Below are positions 41,440 through 54,568 of a DNA stretch of 64,000 nt, in pieces. Location of the stretch: contig NC_069001.1 in the NCBI RefSeq assembly GCF_001194135.2, positions 29,564,704 to 29,628,703 of the forward strand. The letters are read 5' to 3'. Made by a program: the position numbers and the translations under genes. Source of the DNA: Octopus bimaculoides (lineage: Eukaryota). The first letter of the stretch is position 1. Each line of letters opens with the position of its first letter. The notes below the pieces were generated by a model that did not search any database, had not been told where the DNA came from, and saw only the letters and a program-made list of their open reading frames with translations.

Positions 41440-41949
41440 CTACGCCAAAGTATAGAACAATTCTTCCGTTATATCCGCTATCATTTTATTCCCTAATATT
41501 TCACATAGTATACGGATAATTGATGATCCACTAGTTTTTGTTGTCTGTGTTAGTTTTAGTTCCAGCGAGGTCCCTGAGAAGGATCGGTCGATGAAATATA
41601 TTTCAGCTGTGATGAACTGTGCTTTTCTCTTACGCAATGGACTGTGGACTGCATAACTAATGAGCTGTTCAGTTTTAAATACCATAATCTGTATTTTCTT
41701 TAATATTTTATTGCTATTTCTAGCTGCCAAATAACCAGAATCTTGTACAATTAAAGCACGCTTGGCATCAAAGAATCGTTCAGGCGACTCATTCAACATT
41801 ACGAAATACTGGACTAACATCAGTGGAATATTATGACGAGAGCATTGCTGAAATATGGTATTTTTGTAACTCAAAAACAATGAAGATCTTAATATTGGTT
41901 TTACATTTTGGGACAAAGCCAGCAATTTCGATATAGGTGGCATTGTCAA
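41440..41949 (-). CDS. Unassigned 169-aa ORF; the first ~20 codons lie in a SINE A tail
   Basis: Longest ORF in the track that is not a microsatellite or gap artefact; no motif recognised; starts at a TTG inside a SINE. Confidence 0.3.
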   Translation of the reverse strand: MTMPPISKLLALSQNVKPILRSSLFLSYKNTIFQQCSRHNIPLMLVQYFVMLNESPERFFDAKRALIVQDSGYLAARNSNKILKKIQIMVFKTEQLISYAVHSPLRKRKAQFITAEIYFIDRSFSGTSLELKLTQTTKTSGSSIIRILCEILGNKMIADITEELFYTLA

Positions 41950-42030
41950 TTACATCTTACCCAGTACTGAACTGGTTCTTATGTCATCGACCATGAAAGG
42001 ATGAAGAGAAAAGTCGGCTTCGGTCAAATA
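41888..42030 (-). mobile_element. SINE family A 3' half, tail type 2
   Basis: Reverse complement catcctttcatggtcgatgac...cgaaattgctggctttgtcccaaaatgtaaaaccaatatt. Confidence 0.8.
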
Positions 42031-42050
42031 TAGCATATAATATATGCCCA

Positions 42051-42124
42051 CGGGCATATGGCGTAATGGTTAAGAGCGCAAGTTACTAACCCGAAGATTC
42101 CGAGTTCGATTCCATGCAGTGACT

Positions 42125-42167
<43 letters not shown>

Positions 42168-42356
42168 CAGCAACATCGAAAAATACCTTAGGAATGAAAA
42201 CCTAGGTTCAAAATTTCCCCAAGACACCTGATGAAGGCTGGAGGGTATATCAACCGAAACACTGTGTTAACAACAAACAAGATGAGGACAAATATCTGTC
42301 AAATGTAAATAATGTAAATAATGTACATAATTCATCATCTCTTAAATATAAAACTA
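42051..42356 (+). mobile_element. tRNA-headed SINE family C with internal (AAT)n and a hammerhead-like motif
   Basis: A box tggcgtaatgg (42059-42069), B box gagttcgattcc (42102-42113), (AAT)n, then cctgatgaaggctg...ccgaaac; collinear with 18974-19265. Confidence 0.88.
42223..42268 (+). ncRNA. Minimal hammerhead-ribozyme-like motif, stem III mutated
   Basis: gacac CTGATGA a ggctg gagggtatat caacc GAA acac t gtgtt; stem I gacac/gtgtt pairs. Confidence 0.5.
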
Positions 42357-42479
42357 TATTATAAATACAGAAGTTAAAAATGAAGTATATGTCGTCAGTC
42401 ACTTTGCTTATTGTACTTATGATTTACCAAGCTCAGCACCTTCATGAAAGGCACTAATATTAGTTTGAATATTGGAACA

Positions 42480-42640
42480 GCTCCGGGCATTTTTTGGGGT
42501 GGCAGAGATCGGTTACAACGACCCGAATTTTAAACTGGTTTTTACTTTATCCTCCCCTGAAGGATGAAAGTAAGTGTCAACCGCTGCGTAATTTGAACTG
42601 AAAAAGTAAAGACAGGCGAAATGCTACTGAGCATTTTACC
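42480..42640 (-). mobile_element. SINE family A, degenerate
   Basis: gaaggatgaaagt...aatttgaactg...gcgaaatgctactgagcatttt. Confidence 0.7.
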
Positions 42641-43649
42641 TCTGTTTAGATAACTGATGGAATTAGATCGATCGGTGACGACACGGAAACGATTGTAATA
42701 AAAGCTTCATATTAGCAATATTTGGTGACGACTACTCAGCAGCTATAGCTTGGCTGGTTGTAGCTTCATCGTCTTCTCAGATTAAAGGGTTAAACGTGTC
42801 ATAATTTGTCATCAGAATTCAAAGCGACAATAAATACAGGTGGATGTCTACTATGTACATGAACAATGAATAACATACAAACGTTTTGATTCCTCGTCTA
42901 ATTATTTTCATTTATTTAACTATACCTCCCGAATGAAGACTATATAACAGACAATGCATATAGCGTAGATATGATACAACGGCGCATGGAAATTATATAC
43001 ATATCTAAAGTAGAGAATTATGAGGAAATGTTTGATTAATTGTCGTGTTAGTATATTTAACTAGATGCAATATTCAACCACGTTTAACAATAAGCGCTAA
43101 GTCGTCTGCACTAAGATTTTGTTGTATTGTAAATGTGGCCATTGTCTGAAAACAATTGTCTTTAATACTTCATATATTCAATGTTTATGTCGCTTGTTCC
43201 TCCTTCACAATTCACAGCTATTCTTCTATTCAGTTGCTTAATTTCTCTTTCTATTCAGTTGTTTACTAAATATGATTCTCTGTTATCCATGGACGTACTA
43301 GTCTGTTCATATGGGAACATATCTGTGTGTGCATATATATATATATATATATANNNNNNNNNNNNNNNNNNNNNNNNNNNNNNNNNNNNNNNNNNNNNNN
43401 NNNNNNNNNNNNNATAAATAATTTATTATATGTATTTATTTTCTCCTAGTAATAAATAACTCGGATAAAATAAATTCGTTAATAGATACCAGGGTAGTAA
43501 ATATATATATATATATATATATACGTGTATATATATATATATATGTATATATATATGTATATCTGTATATATAAATATATATAATATATAATATATACCA
43601 TATCTATATATTATATATATATGTATATATATATTTAAATGCATCCTTC

Positions 43650-43815
43650 TCGACCAGTGCCAGGCTCATAAGGGCCGATTTCCAGGTTTCATTGCCGTAC
43701 AAATTACCTCAACTGGATTGGACGCCGATTCGCCACAGGATTACTCATTTGTGCAAGCTGAGTAGACTGAGCAACGTGAAATGAAGGGTTTTCCTCAAGA
43801 ATGCAACACATCTTT
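43650..43815 (-). mobile_element. SINE family D fragment
   Basis: actcatttgtgcaagctgagtagactgagcaacgtgaaatgaag matches 30050-30210. Confidence 0.7.
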
Positions 43816-43829
43816 CAATTTATCCAACT

Positions 43830-44004
43830 AGGCGGAAGAGTGGCTGTGTGGTAAGTAGCTTGCCTCCCAACCACATGTTTCCGGGTTCAGTTCCACTGCA
43901 TGCCACCTTGGGCAAGTGTCTTCTACTATGTAGCCTCAGGTTAACCAAAGCTTTGTGAGTGTATTTGGTAGACGGAAATTGAAAGAAGCCCGTCGTATAT
44001 ATAT

Positions 44005-44049
<45 letters not shown>

Positions 44050-44264
44050 TGTGTGTCTGTGTCTGTGTCTCTCCCTCCGACCATCGCTTGACAACAGATG
44101 CTAGTGTGTTTACGTCCCCGTAACTTAGTGGATTGTCACAAGAGAACGATAGAATAAGTGCTAGGCTACAAAGAATAAGTCCTGGCTTGATTTTTCCGAC
44201 TGTAGACGGTGCTCCAGCATGGCCACAGTAAAATGACTAAAACAAATATAATAATAAAAGAATA
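43830..44264 (+). mobile_element. SINE family B, full length with internal (GT)n
   Basis: gagtggctgtgtggtaagtagcttg A-box region, gggttcagttcc B box, (GT)n, tail gctccagcatggccacagtaaaatgactaaaac...aaagaata. Confidence 0.92.
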
Positions 44265-44312
44265 TGTAGCTATCAACATCTATTTCCTAATTTGTCTTTA
44301 TGCCGTCTGTTT

Positions 44313-44348
<36 letters not shown>

Positions 44349-45098
44349 CTCTCTCTCCCTTTCTCTGATATAAAAGAGATTTTCTATATGACGCAGTACT
44401 TATAACCGTTTCTATTCGATACAAATATACATATATACACAAGTATATATGCATATACGTATATGCATGTGCCTCTGTGTGTGTATGTGTGCGTGTGAAT
44501 GTGTCTATGTGAGGGCATGTATACTTGTTGCGTATTTGTGTGTGTAACGAATAGTGCTACCGATGTTGACTTTTATACTCGCAAAGATGTGCACATCAAA
44601 TATATATGTACACCTGTTTGTGATTCAGTGTCTGAGTGTTTTCCTCCTGTTGAATGTATACATATGCGTTTTTATACGCCTTACACATTACATGAGTGAA
44701 TATGTTTCCAGCCTATTTTAGAAAAGTTTTATAAAATGAAAATATAATGAGCTGCTAATAACTATAACTTAGTGCTTTATTCAACGTAGAGTAATAAAAA
44801 TGCCGAAATTTATGATGTCATTACGATAAACGGTTTTACACAGCCGACTAAGGACGCTTTACGCAATGATTTAATCTCCAATAAATGGTTTATATCTCCA
44901 GTACAATATTTATATGTATATATGCAAGGATATATACCGCACTAGCAATATCAGGGCTGCTCTCACACAAAAAACATATAAGCATGTATACATACAGACG
45001 CATACACACGCACATTCAGACGAACACAGGTTATAAACATAGTTCGTGAAACGATGAATCTGTTGGTAGTAACCGTAATACGTGTGTGTGTGTGTGTG

Positions 45099-45135
<37 letters not shown>

Positions 45136-45143
45136 CACGCGCG

Positions 45144-45177
<34 letters not shown>

Positions 45178-45627
45178 CTTATATACTTGTCGGTCTATGT
45201 GTTTCTGTATGTATGCGTACGCACGTGTGTGAGTACGCGTGAACGCAAGCGATAAGGATGTACTCATGTCTGCATGTGTGTGAATGAACGTATATGCGTG
45301 GATATGGGATTCTTATACCAACGGTAAAGCGCATGGATTGGAAAGTTGACGAGTCACACCTCACTGAAATCCCTCAAGAAGTTCCAATGTAATTTCTTTC
45401 CAATTTTCATTAGTAACTCCACTGCATGTGCCCTCCGAGATATATTTGTGTTATCTTTTGCTTGCTTCATCTTTTGCTTGACCGAATCTCGTTCAAGTTA
45501 ACTTTCAATTTCAGATCGATAAAATAAACTAGCTGTCAGGTGCTGCAGCCTGTGCTATAAACCTAAACGCCACTCAATTCATTCACTTTGTATCAAAATA
45601 AGGAGGACTATTAAATGTATTTACTTC

Positions 45628-45850
45628 TTATTTCTTTACTGCCCACAAGGGGCTACACACGGAGGGGAGAAACAAGGACAGACAAACGGATTAAGTCGAT
45701 TACAACGACACTGGTACTTAATTTATCGACACCAAAAGGATGAAAGGCAAGGTCGACCCCGGCGGAATTTGAACTCAGAACGTAACGGCAGACGAAATGC
45801 CGGTAAGCATTTCGCCCAGCGTGCTAACGTTACTGCCAGCTCGCCGCCTT
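45628..45850 (-). mobile_element. SINE family A, full length, tail type 3, with target-site duplication
   Basis: Flanked by ttaaatgtatttacttct (45611-45628) and ttaaatctatttacttct (45849-45866); least decayed A copy in the window. Confidence 0.92.
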
Positions 45851-46334
45851 AAATCTATTTACTTCTATTTCTATAATGCAGTTCAGATTGACTTGATACT
45901 TTCTCGGAGTTATGTGAGGGTTGTTGACCTAAATGTCAATACCGTATCATAGATATCTTTCTCTTAAAAAGGTAAGTGAATTTCTGTAGGGAAATTTCTC
46001 AGAGCGAGATCTTAGAAACACTCGCACGCGCTACAACTATTACAATCAAGTGCAAATAAAAATGAAACGAGAAAAAAACAATTAAAATTTCTAACATAAA
46101 TTTGAAAGCCAAGCACTTGACCTACTCATGCGTTTCAGAAATGAAAAAAAAAATTAAAATTTAGAAAAACTAAACGTTGATGTTAATGGCGTAAACGCAA
46201 CACTAACGTTTGCATCATTAACAATAACAAGAAAAATTAAATTGAAAATGACAAAAAAAGAAAATATAATTGCCTCTAATACAGATAATACAAGAAGCAT
46301 TCGTATAACGAATGGTACAACAACGCCACCACCT

Positions 46335-46694
46335 CTACAAGCACTGCTAATAATAATGCTAATAAATACAATTCATCATCGTTCTTATCCGCATCATCAT
46401 CATCATCACAATCATCCTCGTCATTAGTATCATTCTTCTTCTTCTCCTTATTATTATTGTTTCTATTATTATTATCATCATCATCATCATCATTACCATC
46501 ATCATCATCATCATCATCATCATCATAGACATAGCTGTTGGGAACATTAATTATGACGATGATATTTACAAATATAGCAAAGAAAAAGAAAACGAATTGG
46601 GAAAAGAAGAAAATAAGGGGAGAAACGAGCCGAGGAGTAGGAAAAAACGACGAAAAGTATATTGTTTGATGATGATGATTATGATGACAATGCC

Positions 46695-46731
<37 letters not shown>

Positions 46732-46755
46732 TCGACGACGACGATGACGATCGTA
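46335..46755. repeat. Long compound trinucleotide arrays (CAT/ATT/GAT)
   Basis: Direct reading; source of the poly-M, poly-I and poly-H ORFs. Confidence 0.9.
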
Positions 46756-47131
46756 ATGTTCAAAGAGAAGAATGCCGTGCCAAGGCAGAAGGAAAAAAAA
46801 ATGAAAATAATATGAAATAACATGGAAAGGAGCACTACATGAATGAATAAATACTAAATATTGACCATTAAAATCTTACTGACATTTTTATGTAAAATTC
46901 ATGTAAATTTCTATGAATATAATTACAAGTTTCGTATCCCATCATGCTCTATTAGAGATGTTTGTAACAAACATCTTGGCACTGTTTACACGGAAATTTA
47001 GTGTTCCCTCTACTGTGTATTGATTAAAAATTGATAAGAACTGTAGTATACAGAGAACTGCATTGGTTTCCTGGGAAAGCTTTTAATGTGAACTACAAAT
47101 ATATATATATATATATATATATGCGTATGTG

Positions 47132-47202
<71 letters not shown>

Positions 47203-47653
47203 ATCTGAATGTTTACATATATGTGTATACATAGATGTGTGTGTGTGTATGTGCATGTCTGTGTGTAAGTGTGTGAATCTGCCTACATGCACTTACATAC
47301 AAAGAGAAGCATAGATACACACTCATATATATATACATATAGTATATATATGTATACATCTATCTGTCTGTCTATCTCATCAGTTTTAATTCTCTTCAGT
47401 CTCTTTTGGGATCCACCTTGTGACTGTTCGAGGTTTATTGCGATAAAGCCGTATGGCTCTAATTAAGACACCGTTTGAACCTTCATTTTCTCCGGGGAAC
47501 TTAAGATTTTACGCAGACGCTTCCAGAGGAGCGAGCAGAATCAATTCGTGTAGGCATGTTTGTATGTATGCATATATATATATATATATGTATGGCTCCA
47601 TGTATTTATGTATGTATGTATACGCACACAAAGACACATATATAATGTCGTTT

Positions 47654-48020
47654 TTCGGAATTGTCATTTTTTTCTGTTTGCCAAATAAAAACACGCATTA
47701 TATATTTGTTTTTCATTCATTTATTACTTTTCTCATTCTAACTTAGATTCATTATTGCATAAATCTTTCGTCAAACATCTGTGATCCCTTCAGCGTCGCT
47801 TTTCGTCCTCGTGTGTGCTCTACCTCCACTTCATCCATTCTGTTCTTCTATGATCATAGCACAAGGCCACACACGAGGTCGGAAAGTGTCGCTGAAGAGG
47901 TCACAGTTGAGTGGTGAAAGATTCCCGGACAATGGCCATGAGTTAGAATAAGATTAATCGTGTAAAGATAGAATATATAGTGCGTGTTTTTATTTGACAA
48001 GAAAAAGACCATCCGTAAAG
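47654..48020. mobile_element. Old foldback/MITE-like element
   Basis: Outer arms 47678-47706 and 47972-48000 (ttg(c/t)caaataaaaacacgca(t/c)tatatatt); inner arms 47779-47817 and 47868-47906. Confidence 0.8.
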
Positions 48021-48149
48021 ATAAAAGTATCTTTTTCAACGCAGGATCTCAGATCAGGAATCTCGGAACACAAATTCATAAACGTATATGTGTGTGTGTG
48101 TGTAGATGTCTGTGAGTGTGTGCGGCTCGGTTTGTGGGTGGGTGTATTA

Positions 48150-48240
<91 letters not shown>

Positions 48241-48364
48241 TGAGATAGATACACACACACAGTTAGAGTGGCAGGGTGAGATGCGTTTGTGTTTACATTT
48301 CAATATAGTTTTGCCCAACTTTGAAATTTATTTTTTCTTCAGATGTATCAAATTTTAAGGTTGC

Positions 48365-48555
48365 AAGCTGACATGATCGTTAGCTCAGATGGCAATATGC
48401 TTACTACTATTTCGTCTATCGGCCCCTACATAACTCAAATTCCGCCGAGTTCTACTTTTCTTTTTATCCTGTAGGATTAGATAAAATAAGCACTCGAATT
48501 TATAGAATTATCTCCTCCCCTCAAACTGCAGGCTTTGTGCCCATGTATGAAATCA
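48365..48555 (+). mobile_element. SINE family A, degenerate
   Basis: gatcgttagc...ctcaaattccgccgagttctact...aaactgcaggctttgtgccc. Confidence 0.65.
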
Positions 48556-49005
48556 AAATTATATTGAATTATTTATTTATTTGCATATATTTTTTTCTTT
48601 TTCATTCTTTTATTCTTTTAAATAATTCAGCTCATAAGCATTGCTATGCTTGGGCACCGCCAGTGTAATCATCCTATTAATGGCTAATTGTATGTGATTG
48701 GCTATTTTTGGAGTATCGTGATCCTATTGGATCATCTGGAACTCTGGATATAAGGAGATATTGTTGTTTTTTGAAACTAACTCCATGATGCTCTACTCCA
48801 CGAAAATCCTCTACTCATGAAGATATCTCAAATGTTTTGGCAAGCTGTTACATTTTTTTTTTTTTGTAAAAGTTATTTTAAATTAAAAAAGTAATGTAAT
48901 TAATATTTTTTTTTATCAGGTTTGCAAACTTCTACATGTGAATTCGTGTGTTGAAGCAAAATTTGTTGTGTCTAGGGAGAGTCATATTTTCTTAATGGTT
49001 TACTC

Positions 49006-49070
49006 TTGCAAACTTGTCAACTTAATCGACGGATATTTTGCAAACTTGTCAACTAAGGTGACGGATATTT
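49006..49070. repeat. About 32-bp tandem duplication
   Basis: ttgcaaacttgtcaact...gacggatatt twice. Confidence 0.8.
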
Positions 49071-52000
49071 TAGAAGAAAAAATATAAATAATAAATGAAT
49101 GGATATCGAACCGCTAGGTATGTTAGCTAATAAGGCATTAAGCCATTATGGGTCTCATGAGACACAGCAAAATAATTAGTATTCTTTTATATTTTTACTA
49201 ACATTTCTGACGTAAAATTTGCATAGGCGTTTCTAAATGTTTCATGTTGTAACTGGAAATTGCAAATGTACTCAACTTACAGATACTATTCCTGTAAGCT
49301 CGAATATCTTTGAGCGTTTGACAGGCATTCAAAATAGGTTATTTGTTGCAATGAATCCACAGAATGAGAAACCACCAGACAAATCCGTAATAGAAGTAAA
49401 ATGAATTGTATAAAATATATGTCACTTCGTAGTAAGCTCCCTTCTTTGGTCATAGGGAAGAGTGATCATCATAATAATTTACTCTAAAACGCGGTTATCA
49501 ATTTCTTAATATTTGACGGTTATTTAACGATGAGATGTGCGCTTCCGGGCTCATTATCCTTTGCTTGAAAACCATTTTATGTAAATTAACGTGTATTGTA
49601 TAACTTTATTTCAGCTTCGTTACTGGCATTGTCATTGTGCGAGTACTTTATGCATTAATGAAAAAAGTATATATAATAATCAGTATAAACATATACCCAC
49701 TCGTATACTATGTACACCACCATATATAAATAGATACACACACGCATATAAATTAGATGATATACTTGTATGTAGGCATACATATGAACATACACACACA
49801 AATATATATATATATNNNNNNNNNNTATATATATAAATATATATATATATACATATATACACTATCACACAAACCCATATATATGAATGCATGTACAGGT
49901 ATAAATGCATTCATATATTCGTGTAATATTTGGATGTGCAAATGTATGTATGCATGTATGTATCTAATATATATCTATCTATGCTTAAAGGGGTTGAATG
50001 TATGAGTGTGTATAGGTATGGACAGGTATTTTTTCTATTCATCTATTCGTAAAATGCTAAAACATTAAGAGATTTAATACAGAGTTAGAAATGAAGTTAC
50101 GTCGAAATATGCATATAGGTAAGTATATATGTATGCATCGATGTATATACATATATATGTTTATATATATGCATACACCTACATACATGTATACATGTGT
50201 GTTTATATTTGTATACGTGTGTTTTCGTGCATTTATTTAGAAAACTGAAAGCTTATAGATATCACCATGGAGCCAAAACAAGGATGATACTAGTTGCTTG
50301 TAGGAATGGCATTTACACGCCTTTTTTTCCCCCCTTGTTTCCGTTTGCTTCCAGTAACATCTTAGAAAAGAAGAGAACAGCAATATAAACGGAACCAAAT
50401 TCTCTCTAGCGCAAAATAAGACAAGGTAAATAAGTATACTAATATATACATATATAGTTATATCTATATAATATGGAGTCAGATGGGTTTATGTGTCTGT
50501 AACTCTACGTATACATATGCGATACCACGTGCACATATGCATATATAAATGCATAGACACTTATGTGTAGTTTATTTCACGAATACATTGATGATCAGCT
50601 AAGACATAACCCAGATATGTTCATGGAGTAAATAATATTCAGGCTACTGCGGCAGTACTCGATATTTAGCCGCAATAAAAATAGCCACACCAATAAAAAG
50701 TAACAACGGAAAATAAGCACAAAAACAACGACAAAACATTTTACAACCAAACAAGAAATAAATACAAAAACAAAATAATAATAATTCGACCCAAATCAAA
50801 ACAATACTCGTATCACCTCGAAAGCAATCTAACAAGCAGCGAACAAAAATCAACGTGAAATTTATATATACGAGAAAAATACTAATAATATAAAGCATAT
50901 TTATCATTCTGAGGTTTACACAGCTCAGTTATCTTATGAATATTCCTATGCAGTAACACCATTTGACCTCTTTGTGTATTTCGGCATCAGTTTAAAAAGA
51001 TTATTCGTAACATTAAATCAATTTTGCATCGCAAAAATAGAGAGCGAAAGAAAAAGAAAAGAAAAGATTTAAATACTTGAGCAATCGATAAGAATTTGTT
51101 TTATGTCTAGTTTCATGTATTTAATTATTCATTTCCGTTTTTTGTGTACAAGCATACATATAACTAAGTATGAATGCGCGTGTACAGTTTTGAGTATACA
51201 TGCATGTATACATATGTTTATTTTAGCCTATATATATATGTGTGCGTGTATATATATATATATATATANNNNNNNNNNNNNNNNNNNNNNNNNNNNNNNN
51301 NNNNNNNNNNNNNNNNNNNNNNNNNNNNNNNNNNNNNNNNNNNNNNNNNNNNNNNNNNNNNNNNNNNNATATATATATATATATGTTTGTGTGTATGTAA
51401 TACGCACATGCTCACGGACACACACCCACGAATACATAAACACACATATAAATATGTGTGGTTGTGTACGCATGTGTGTGTGTTTGTCAGCGTATATTAC
51501 GTACCACCACATAGAGACATACAAACTTGTCTTTATATATTTGCCCTTTATTTCCATTTTACATTTATCAGGCACATTTTGCGCCATGCTGTAGCAACAC
51601 ATTACTTTAATCTTAATGAATATATTAATATATAATTAATTGAATACATAACAATAGTCATGTTTATATCCCATAATCGTTTACTTGTCTCCAGTTATCC
51701 GTACGCATCTTTTTTCTACTTATATTGTCTTACTATAAGCATCGCTTGAAAATTCAAACAAACATCAGCAAATCCATACCAGCGTATCTGTGCTAATCAT
51801 ATCTCTATTTTAGAAAAATTATCACATCTGGTGTGTTAATAGCCTTACACCTACGCACAAAACTATTCCCATGCAGATATAGTGGTGCAGAGATGCATCC
51901 ATTATTTGATGTACAAATACATGCGCATAAATTATACCTTCGGGAACTTATGTTGTACGAGTGTGTTTGTTTGTGTGTGTATGTGCATGTGTCTCTGTGT

Positions 52001-52689
52001 GTGTGTATAGGCATATACACACATGTATATCCATATCTATATAATTAAATGGAGGGTACACGTTCTCTTGAAGATATGTCAGCATCCGAGTTCCCCGGTA
52101 TATCAGTGCAAAAAGAAACACGTTAGGAAACGATTGTAGGTGAAATTGAGCATGATATTGCTCATAATTCTATCATGTTCTAATATGTATATTGATGTGT
52201 AGATATCAATCTCGACGTTTTCTTTTCTCAAAAATGTGTGTGCGCGTGTGTGTGTTAGTGTGTGTTAGTGTGTGTGTGTGTGTGTATTTATTCATATATA
52301 CTCAAATATGTACCTATATAGATAATTGAAGGAGTTGTTAGTGTATATTCTACAAATAACGTAGATTTCCCCCTGTGCTATCCAATACTAGTATCATACA
52401 AACTTTCAGGTTTGCGTTTAGATTCTGTCATGTGTGAATAGATAATTGAAAGATGGAGTACGGTTGAGCAATACTTTCCAATCATTACACTTGTTTGTAC
52501 GCAACGTCAAACTCTTTCTTGTTGACTCGAATTCTCTATTTACACAATAAAAACCCAAACGCAAACCTGGCAGTAGTTAGGATACTACTGCTGGATAGCA
52601 CAGGGTGAAATCGGAGGTGGGGGAGTAGCATTACTCTACTACGTTCTCAATAGAATATTCCATAACTACTTATAATATCTATCTATCTA

Positions 52690-52723
<34 letters not shown>

Positions 52724-52965
52724 TAGCTATATATAATATTTTATATATACATTCACACACATATGCATATCTATATACAGAGGGAGAAAAAGAGAGATAA
52801 AGAGATAGATAGACAATATATATATGTACATACGTATAGAAGTTTGCTATGTATAGTTATATATATATATATATATGTATATATATTTATACACGTGTAC
52901 ATACAGATGCGTTTACAGGCACATACGTTCATGCTCACAGATGCACACACTCACAAATTTATATG

Positions 52966-53006
<41 letters not shown>

Positions 53007-53124
53007 TATTATATATATTTATTTTCTCTTAGTTAATAATTAACTCGGACAAAATAAATTGATTAATAGATATGTTGGAAATAAAAGTATTCAGTTAACA
53101 TATGCGTGTTACTACATTTACTAA

Positions 53125-53182
<58 letters not shown>

Positions 53183-53823
53183 GACTTGTTTTGTATTTAA
53201 GTTCAGGATTTTGTTTTCAGTATCCCAACGATGGGGGCCTGTGAGGAATATTTGAGATATTGAAGTATAGAAAGGTACATAGATAATTGGATCCCATTGA
53301 ACCTTAATGAATACTACATCTAAAGGAAGCATACGTGTGTGTTACGCATGAATCTGGGACCTACGCTAATTCTGAATCATTTATATTTTATTTTGTATCA
53401 TTATCATTATGAAAATTATACAACTACCCTAACATTTTGAGGTCATATCTGAATAAGATCTGTAGAAGATATATCGCTGATACAATGTTTCCATATAACC
53501 CTATTATATAAAATGTTGAATTTTACACTGCACTCATCTACTTACAAGATGTTGCGTACGAATTATATTGTAGATATAATTTCCTTTTTTATTAATTTCA
53601 TTAACGTTTATTTTTGCATTTTCCAAAGGCGATTTAGAACTGGTTTGCTTCCACGATTATTCTCACATGAATTCAATTGAATTTATTCGGAAAACACTTT
53701 TTAAAATTCGATACTTCAAAGAGGATTTTAAACAATATTGCTATTTGCATTTGATTCAAAAGAATTGATTTTAGTAAAGGATATACATCGTCGGCAAAAT
53801 AGAGGGTAATACACACACGAGCA

Positions 53824-53854
<31 letters not shown>

Positions 53855-53856
53855 TG

Positions 53857-53887
<31 letters not shown>

Positions 53888-53905
53888 CACACACTGACAC
53901 ACACA

Positions 53906-53945
<40 letters not shown>

Positions 53946-54568
53946 CATACATACACAGGTGCAAACGTCGTGCATGTGTGGTTAATAGCTTGCTTACCAA
54001 CAACATGGTTTGGGGTTCATCCTAAGAGTAAAAAATGTTTTATATGACACATTCTACCGGTGTCCGAAGTTTGAAAGTGTTTACTTACAAAAAATTAATT
54101 TCTCCGTGTACCGTTCAAAGCGTAAAGACCTGATAATCGCCGAAAGTGAAACAAACTAACTTAATCTGAAGGCAAGTTGTTTGGTAGCATTTCATTATAC
54201 TTTTTATCACACAACAATGTATGTTTCGATTTATAATAGTCCCTGCACTAACATTACTGTAGTTTCACTTAATCCATTAAAATGAGTATGTTAATTTGAC
54301 TATTGTTTTTTTAATTATACCCCTTTCCCCAAGATGTAATTCATATATTAGTAGCACGATAAATAATCTTAAGTTGCTACCATTTTCGTTCATGAATCGA
54401 TTATAATTTAATCTTCATATAAATTTAAATATTAATTCAAACAATGAATTTCAATTAAATTTCAACAGTATATTTATTACTACACAAGCAAATTCATCCT
54501 TAAAATAATAGTGAGTGTGTATACATATCTGTGTTTATGTGTGCGTGCGTGCGTGCGTGTGTGCGTGT

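Noticed and set aside
42051-42125. tRNA gene
   Set aside because: A/B boxes are present but no complete cloverleaf, and the sequence continues into a SINE body; the same holds for the other SINE heads
46242-46835. Poly-His, poly-Met and poly-Ile ORFs
   Set aside because: Trinucleotide arrays with no flanking coding signal
53221-53274. Exon with strong acceptor (ttttgttttcag) and AAG|gtacat donor
   Set aside because: Stops in all three frames
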